Part shown: positions 1 through 7,233 of the stretch, piece by piece | How the letters are laid out: every line of letters starts with the position of its first letter | Position numbering within the stretch: the first letter of the stretch is position 1 | DNA from: Zygophlyctis sp. KS116 | Lineage: Eukaryota > Fungi > Chytridiomycota | DNA: 7,233 nt | Direction of reading: 5' to 3' | Assembly (NCBI GenBank): GCA_054661495.1 | Contig: BAAFSQ010000411.1 | Coordinates: forward strand, 1 to 7,233 | The notes under the pieces: model-generated | What the model was told of the DNA's origin: nothing | Database searches by the model: none | The model's input: only the letters and a program-made list of their open reading frames with translations | Made by a program: the position numbers and the translations under genes

Positions 1-653
<653 letters not shown>

Positions 654-694
654 GAAGAAATAAAAAAAGAGTTTCAAAATTGAATATTTTATTC
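654..694. terminator. Shared 41-bp 3' region of convergent GAPDH and IQGAP, with a candidate poly(A) signal on each strand
   Basis: AATAAA at 659-664 (+) and at 693-688 (-). Confidence 0.55.
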
Positions 695-3600
695 CTAAGC
701 AAAAAACTTCTTGTTTAATAAGAAGATCAACAGATTCAAGTTAACTTTGGCATTGTCAAAGAGGGTTAAAGTGGTGACATTATTGTCTTGGGCAGTTAGC
801 AAGTCCTCGAGACGTAATTCCATTTTTTCCGGTAACTTAACACCCATAAATGCAGATTCTACTGTGAACACGCCAAGTTCATTAGATGAAATTATCAGAG
901 AAATTTGTCCGAATTGCTTTGGGTCATAATCGTCAATGCTAATAAGAACTCCCTTCTTATATAATTCAGCAGCGCTATACTTGAATGATCCAAACTCGGG
1001 AACTTTACCCTGCTTTCCTAATTCCCGTAAATGGTAATATTGTCTTGAAAAAGGTAATGCTCTTTTTGTTTTTCTATCAATAAATTGCTTAAAAAATATA
1101 CCCTCCCTTCTTTCCAAACTGGGTCATACAAGAATTAATGTAGTCCAAATAGTATTGTCTTTGATCCCTTAAGTAATCAGCTTTTTCTTCCAAATTTTCA
1201 AGTGTCTTTACAAGTGTTTCTAATTCTTTTTCCTGTCTTACTCTACGGCGATGTTTATTCTTAATATCCTAATGGTGTAAATAATCATCAAGTTTACTTC
1301 TATAAGAGAATCAACCATGTCCTGATATTTATTTTCTTTCTTAGCTTCACCATACTCTTCCAGTTTATGCATATTCTCCAAAGTTTTTCGCTTCAGCTGT
1401 GACAGTGTCATACTTCAAATTCAAAACATATTGAAAACTTACCGGGAGCCATCTGTATTAAGAGATACTGAAAGTGAACCAAAGCTTCCTCGACTAGCAG
1501 CATTTTCTTCCGTTTTGCTGCTACTTAAACTTTCTAAAGAAGCTGACTGGCGAGTTTCTTCATCATTTAAATATGCAATAAATGCCTCCTCTTCCTCGGG
1601 AGTAATAGGTGCTTCTAATGTTTCCAGCAAGGTTGGGCAAGCCTGGATATTTATTATTGTGACAACCATTTTTTTCGTTTCTTTTACTAGTCTGCGGACT
1701 TGAAGCTGAGTAGCATCTACGAATATTAAGCTTGAAATTGAAAAATACCATCAATCTTTGCAAAACGGTTCTTCAGCTCCAGAACAATTTCCGATCCTGC
1801 TTTATTTCCATCAAATCCTACATCTGGAGCCTCTCCCAATTCCGATAAAATAACTCTTAAAGGATCATCCTTCTTAGGAGCCTAAAAGTAAGTCTCTTAA
1901 ATCATTTACCAAATCATCTGAATGCGTTTGAAGATTTCTATGAACCTGATAAATTTCTTCTGGAGAAATATAAATTCTAGGTTTTTTATAATAACTGCTG
2001 TCTGCGAATTCATTCATTTCAAAATATTCATCGGCAGAAGGAACACCCTGAACTTCATTTAAAAACAACTTAAATTTAGAAGATGAAGTTTGAATAAATT
2101 CATTTAGTTGCATTTGGTAAGGCTCAGTTCCTGAAAATGATTTCCCTGTAGAAATTTGGTGTAAAGTTTTGGCGATCTCTCCCAAATTTTTGCGCTGGGT
2201 GGGAGTGATGTTGGATTCGATTACATCAAATGCTTCTGGCGCACTAATTTTGAATGAATATACGAATTACACTATAGCCGGATTTATATATCGATAGTAA
2301 ATTAGGTTTCCAACAATTTTACTAACCTCCTCCGAGCTGTCAGGGAACTTTTTTAGCATGTGTTCTTTCAGTTTTAATGCAATATATCGGATTCCGTATG
2401 GCATTTTTTGAACAGACTTTAAGATCGAATCCAAAAACTTTCCTGAAGTTTGTTCCAGATTTTTAGCATCTTAGAAATGAGATAACAAAATTACTTTGCA
2501 TTTGGACATTTTTTAGATCAGGATCAGAATCTGCGAAAGAGGCCGAGCGGTCAAGTTGCTTGCTACTTTTTTGGCCAGTTGTTGATTCTTCTTGTTTAAT
2601 TAGAGACTTGTATATCTAAACATCATGAATTTTTTGAGGGCTTACAGTCAGTGAGTCTAGCTCTAATTCTGAAGTTTTGTTGTGCAAAAGCTTCTTTATA
2701 AGAGGCTGTAAAAACTCTCGTAAGAATAATCGCTCTTTAGCGCCGCTGATTGTGAGTTTTGAATCGTGATATCATACCGTATATACTGCAGAACCAGCTT
2801 TATAAATAGAGGATTTTCTCTCCAAAAGTCCTCCAACTTTGTCAGACGATTCACTTCGACTTTGATAGCCCCCTGTTATTAGAATATAAAAATATTACAT
2901 CAATTAAATTGAGAAGCAAATACTCTTCACGGGAATTTTGTGCATAGCTAAAAAGCGTCAAAACAGTCTGCTCCAAAAATCTTGTGACTGCCGCCCCACT
3001 CTGCTGGTTCATTAAAAACATTAAATTAGTAAGATAATGCGGTTGAGTCTGAAGGAGGTAAAAGAGTTGCTCATAGTGTAGCTTTTTCTTCCTATTTTCC
3101 TTATCAGCTCCCTTTAAATTGATTCCCCCCTCCTTATCAGCAAATTCCTCCTTGGAGTTGGTTAAAATATATTTCATTTGCTTAGTACTGAAGTGAACCA
3201 CTTCGTTCAAAGATATTCTATTCTTTACTAGTAGGGCAATCTTTTGATCCAGATTAGTCAATTCAGCTTCTGAAGAAATATTTTCTCGAATTTTCATTAC
3301 AACTCTTTCACGAATATCATCCATGTCTACAAAATAAACAAAGACTTTACATACCATTGTCACCATCATAATCAAAATTATTATTATTTAATAATGGCAA
3401 GAATTTTTGAAGAACCTTTAAACCAGCATTTTTTGCAGAACCTATAAAATATAAACTAAATTTCTAAATTTACATAAGGCCTTGTAAGCCTTTTCCGCCA
3501 GTTTTGCTCTCCAAAGAGCTTGAATTTTCACGATTGCATCTCTACTATTACGCCAATGATTCATCTTGGCTAGATAGCGATTTCTTTCCGCCCTAGCTGT

Positions 3601-4633
3601 CTTTTTGGCTCTGTACATGTTTTGAATCTATAATAAAAATAGGTTTTCTAGTACTTTTGTCCAAAGTTGTTCATGAGATTGGAGATTATTCATTCTCTCA
3701 ATATATGACTTTCGAGTTTGATAACCTCTCCAAGCCGCTTGTAAGGCAATGATTTTAGATTCATTTTCTGAAAGATATTTGAATCTTTCTACAATTATTG
3801 AAGAAAAATTACTTTCTTCTTCAGATGGCTCATCTAATTCCTTGGCGAGAGTATTTTTAATATCACCAAACGCTGGCATTGGAACGGATGCCTCCTCGAG
3901 AGACTGATTTGTCTTATCTAATTGTTCATCTAAATCATTAGACAAAATATAACATTTAATGATTTAATCTCCATTAAATGAATATCATACCTGTAAACTT
4001 CAATTTTCCAAGCAGATTCTCAATAGATGGCGTCACACCCTTTTTGGCCAGTACATGACTTCGGTTAAATCATTTTTAAGTACCTAAATGCATGTATGCA
4101 ATAAATGACTTTTGGAATGTTTTTGTTATCATATAGATCAGTTAATTCGAAAATAAATAGCTAAAGATGATTATCATGGTGAAGTTACATCGGGCATATC
4201 AAAGTGTCGCATGGCCGTGAAAAAATGATTGATATTATCTGAATGACGATATACAAGTCCCTTGCTGGTATCCTGATTTTAAAAAATTGAAATTTACTTC
4301 AAAGAGTTTGCGACTCTTTAATTCAGGATCGATCGTTTTGGCAAGTTTTCCTAATGTGATGCCATTTCTCAATGATTCCTCAAAGCAATCGATGGAAGGT
4401 AATGTTGCATGTATGACAGCTTCGATCCATCTTTGATCAATTCATTGGTATAACTTACTGCTTCGCTTCTCCAACGTGGCACAGATATTCGTAAGCTCGC
4501 AACTTATGGCGTTCCATATCCATCCACGATGATGATTCCTCCATTTCCTCCTTTTTCTGTAATTTGATTCGCCCATCAAAATCTAAAATTTAGATCACGA
4601 ATGATTACGATGGATATCCAATGCTTCGTCCAT
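695..4633 (-). CDS. IQG1: IQGAP-family protein (CH domain, IQ motifs, RasGAP-related domain, RasGAP_C), about 1115 aa. Exons: 4633-4609, 4582-4459, 4430-4298, 4272-4189, 4160-4084, 4058-3991, 3929-3813, 3788-3655, 3627-3474, 3441-3355, 3326-2899, 2872-2778, 2745-2646, 2615-2495, 2469-2271, 2243-1910, 1881-1749, 1716-1443, 1412-1298, 1268-1102, 1073-695
   Basis: The spliced frame is continuous (3348 nt including TAG at 697-695). Motifs: AYEYLCHVGEAKQWIE, FEESLRNGI, FELTDLYDNKNIPKVIYCIHAFSH (CH domain); LQAAWRGYQTRK and IQALWRAKLAEK (IQ); YEQLFYLLQTQPHYL, MPYGIRY, YYRYINPAIVAPEAF (GRD); FKYSAAELYKKGVL and KVNLNLLIFLLNKKF (RGCT). The first 25-nt exon and the in-frame 24-nt intron are the least certain parts. 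Confidence 0.95.
3930..3990 (-). other. 61-nt intron (IQGAP intron 6) with internal inverted repeats
   Basis: gtatgatattcatttaatggagattaaatcattaaatgttatattttgtctaatgatttag; removal gives KLKFT-D-EQLDKT in frame. Confidence 0.88.
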
Positions 4634-4647
4634 TGCAAATGATAACA

Positions 4648-4664
4648 ACGCGTCTCACACGCGT
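4648..4664. promoter_or_regulatory. Two tandem ACGCGT (MluI/MCB-like) boxes upstream of the IQGAP start
   Basis: ACGCGT at 4648-4653 and 4659-4664, in a locally CG-rich patch 15-31 bp upstream of the ATG at 4633. Function is inferred from the fungal MCB consensus. Confidence 0.55.
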
Positions 4665-4740
4665 CGGGAGCTCGGCGTTTTGAGCCGTTTGATCTTAAAC
4701 TGTTTATTCAGTATCATGAACAATAGTGTTCAAGACAAGT

Positions 4741-6835
4741 TTATTTAATAAAATCCTTTTTAAGATCATCTCTCTTTGATAATTTCTCATCGCTTAATTT
4801 CTTTAGTCGCTGGAAAATCGCAGCATCCTTGCTGTCTCGAGCTTGTTTTTCTTTCCAATCAAAACCCCAAATTTCAGATCTAAATTTTCAGAAAAAAATC
4901 ATTATACCTTTTAGGAAACAAAAGCATCATATCACGTAAAGTCCGTTCAAGAGTATCACGGAATGTACTTGATTGGGTTTCTTTACATGAGTTCTTACTA
5001 GATATAGAAAATTTCAAAGAATCTTTCTGGATCGCATAATTTATTCCATAACCATCAGGAACAACTGGGCCAAAACCTCCCCAAAAATTGGTTCCTTAAA
5101 TTAAATAGAAATGAGATTACCTGGTGACATATTACTAGAAGATAATTGAAACCACATGGATTTAAGATAATACGGATCTGTGAATAAAGTAGCTCTCTTA
5201 GATTCCTCTGGGTTAAGCATGCATCGAAGGCCTAAAAGATGTCGATCAACACCTTGACCCTTGGATGCCTCCTTCATGTATGCCGTCTGGGAATCCAAAG
5301 CCGCTTTGAACATGCCTCTTTTTTCCGAGAACTGCGATTAAAAAATGTTTAAAGATTACAAGAACATTAGCATCATCAAATGCTTTTGCCATTTTCCATG
5401 TCTCAGATGTTAAACTTCGCACGGTTTCCGTTCGACCATGGCTAAAAGCACGCGTGGAGGCCGTTTCATACACAGCAGTTGGAACATTATGCATTCTTTT
5501 CCAAGCAATCTGAAGCGCCATTTGCATGTATGCATCAGGGCTAGATTTCGCTAAACTTTTAGTTTAAAAAATTACCAATTTCCTTGATATATCGCCCACC
5601 ATAAACATCTGTTTGCAACAAAAGACTGTGAGTATCATTAATCAAGGCCCCTGCTTCATTTTCAGCTTTTAAGATCAAGTTTTCTATTTCTGGATCAACC
5701 TTCCATTCCAATTTAACAGGAGGAATATTTATCTGGACATTTGACTCATCCTGCAATTCTTCTCTAAATTGATAAACTTGATATAAAATACCGTCCTATA
5801 ATATAATCCATCATTCTTCCAGGAATAACTGCATCCGCGGGAGTATGCTCTCCATTGACCCCAGCTCTTCCATTAGAGGAAACAATGAGTTGAATAGCTT
5901 TATCAAACCACCTATTTCTAGCATCAAAATTATGAAAAATCTGTGAATGACTGCTATCCAAATTTTTTGGTGCTGAAAAATCATCTAAACAAACAGCAAA
6001 AAGAGAATCTTGAATTATTTTAAATTCTTGAGAATTCAATTTTGAAAGCTTTGAATAAGCCTCAAACCAATTATCACGATTTCCTGCAGTAAGTAAACCT
6101 ACTGGAGCTTGTTTAACAGATTCTAAAGAATCTTTCGAAGCAGCATAAAATAATTTCTTTAATTCTCTAACAGAAGCTCTATTCCCCTGTTCATCAATTA
6201 CGACAACCTTGTAAATTTGATTTCTAATCAATACAATTATATGACGAATATGATTATTTGGATAATTATTAACTATAGTATCCGCCTTATCCCCAGGAAT
6301 TCTAGTAGTTCCAAATTGAAACTTGTACTGATTCATACATAATGGAGCACCTTTGACTAAATCGGGTGTCAAGGTTTCTCTTAATGGTTAGGTTTTTAGT
6401 AAGGGCTTACTTATTTAACGAGTCATTATAATCCAACAATCCAGCCGTCAATCGTGCAGCTCTTTCAATTTGATACTCTGTCAAAACACCTTTTGGAGGT
6501 TTATGTGTAAGTAATCTTTGTTGAAAATCAAACGCATCCTTGAATTGACACCACCAATTAACATTAATCATTGATGGTTCTCTGTATTCCAAATAAGCCT
6601 TTTTCAACCAAATTTCCTCTAACCATGAATTTTTTTCCTTTTTATCCAACTCTTTGAGTCTTGATTGAGCAATCTTTCCAAGTCCATTTTTAAAATTGTT
6701 TACTGCATCGATCGTATTAGACTCATCAGATTTAGAAGCAAATAATGGCTCACAAGACTTTAAATATCGTTGACAAGTCTGTTCTAAATCAGGAATTGGA
6801 AGTCTTGGGAGACTAAAGTTTTTAAATGTTTTCAT
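4741..6835 (-). CDS. Carnitine/choline O-acyltransferase family protein, about 642 aa. Exons: 6835-6411, 6379-5792, 5763-5576, 5550-5360, 5331-5121, 5094-4908, 4879-4741
   Basis: LPRLPIPDLEQTCQRYL, SWLEEIW, NRWFDK, catalytic His in NGEHTPADA, SPDAYMQMALQ, YETASTRAFSHGRTETVR, GQGVDRHLLGL, QLSSS, GFGPVVPDGYGINY. Six GT-AG introns (31, 28, 25, 28, 26, 28 nt) give a 1929-nt frame ending KDFIK-TAA at 4743-4741. Confidence 0.95.
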
Positions 6836-6864
6836 TTTTTCTCAAATTTTAAAAAAATTATTTT

Positions 6865-7075
6865 TTATTGATCTTGCTGAATGTATAAATGTCTTATATC
6901 CTTCCATTGTCGCTATAATTTAAGAATTAGAAATTACCCCTTTATTCAAGTAGTCCCAAATAGAATCTGATAAAGAATCAGAAGCAATTTCAAAAATAAA
7001 GGCAGAAGCAAAAATTGTAGCTACAAATGAAGAGCTTTTGCGGAAAAACAGATTATAAATGCTTTTCTGAATCAT
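6865..7075 (-). CDS. QCR9: Cytochrome bc1 complex subunit 9 (QCR9/UQCR10), 61 aa; exons 7075-6938 and 6912-6865
   Basis: The spliced translation is MIQKSIYNLFFRKSSSFVATIFASAFIFEIASDSLSDSIWDYLNKG|RQWKDIRHLYIQQDQ*. It has the family pattern YNxxFR-hydrophobic helix-IWDxxNKGRQWKDI. A 25-nt phase-0 intron lies at 6913-6937. Confidence 0.95.
6913..6937 (-). other. 25-nt intron in QCR9
   Basis: gtaatttctaattcttaaattatag between NKG and RQWKD. Confidence 0.95.
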
Positions 7076-7099
7076 TTTTGAAAAAGTTTAAATTCCACA

Positions 7100-7112
7100 G
7101 TTGCGCGTCAAC
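7100..7112. promoter_or_regulatory. CGCG-core near-palindrome upstream of QCR9
   Basis: GTTGCGCGTCAAC (minus strand GTTGACGCGCAAC), about 25 bp upstream of the ATG at 7075. It shares GACGCG with the IQGAP boxes. Confidence 0.4.
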
Positions 7113-7233
7113 ACCTTAACCCATAAGGTTTAATGATGGATTAAATAGAATAAAATTGTTTCAAAAGAATTCACGACTTCTATTCATGTATAAATTTATA
7201 AAATGAGGGGAAAAATGTTAAAACTTAGAGTAT

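Noticed and set aside
711-929. 72-aa plus-strand ORF
   Set aside because: Antisense shadow of the last IQGAP exon.
1431-1763. ORFs 1431-1703 (+) and 1563-1763 (-)
   Set aside because: Antisense or alternative-frame shadows of IQGAP exons; the spliced IQGAP frame explains the region.
3378-3392. Short (AAT)n repeat
   Set aside because: Encodes NNNN inside an IQGAP exon; too short to be a meaningful repeat.
3930-3990. 61-nt intron as two tiny introns flanking a 15-nt microexon (3968-3954), or as a snoRNA host
   Set aside because: The microexon would read GAT TAA (stop), the second donor would be GTT rather than GTA, and there is no CTGA box D or H/ACA layout.
695-6835. Frameshifted pseudogenes or programmed frameshifting as the cause of fragmented ORFs
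   Set aside because: Every break coincides with a GTA...AG segment whose removal restores the frame and conserved motifs.
6841-6937. QCR9 exon 1 spliced to the AG at 6842-6841 to give the acyltransferase an N-terminal membrane anchor
   Set aside because: The phase-0 donor joins 5 nt before the ATG, which is out of frame; stop read-through is also out of frame.
7203-7233. Start of a plus-strand CDS (MRGKMLKLR...)
   Set aside because: Only about 10 codons are visible at the window edge, too little to list as a feature.

Overview
AT-rich, very compact eukaryotic genomic DNA using the standard code. The proteins look fungal/opisthokont; an early-diverging fungus (chytrid- or Cryptomycota-like) is my inference. 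The fragmented ORF track resolves into four spliced genes: the 3' part of GAPDH (+, <1-653); a complete IQGAP (-, 4633-695, 21 exons, about 1115 aa); a carnitine/choline O-acyltransferase (-, 6835-4741, 7 exons, about 642 aa); and a QCR9/UQCR10 gene absent from the ORF track (-, 7075-6865, 61 aa). By hand I count 29 spliceosomal introns. All begin GTA; 28 are 24-32 nt and one is 61 nt. The 61-nt intron can fold into mutually exclusive hairpins that either shorten it or hide its branch point and 3' splice site. Intergenic spacers are only 41, 107 and 29 bp. AATAAA overlaps or directly follows every stop codon, and GACGCG (MCB-like) boxes sit just upstream of two start codons. All gene models come from manual reading, with no transcript evidence.
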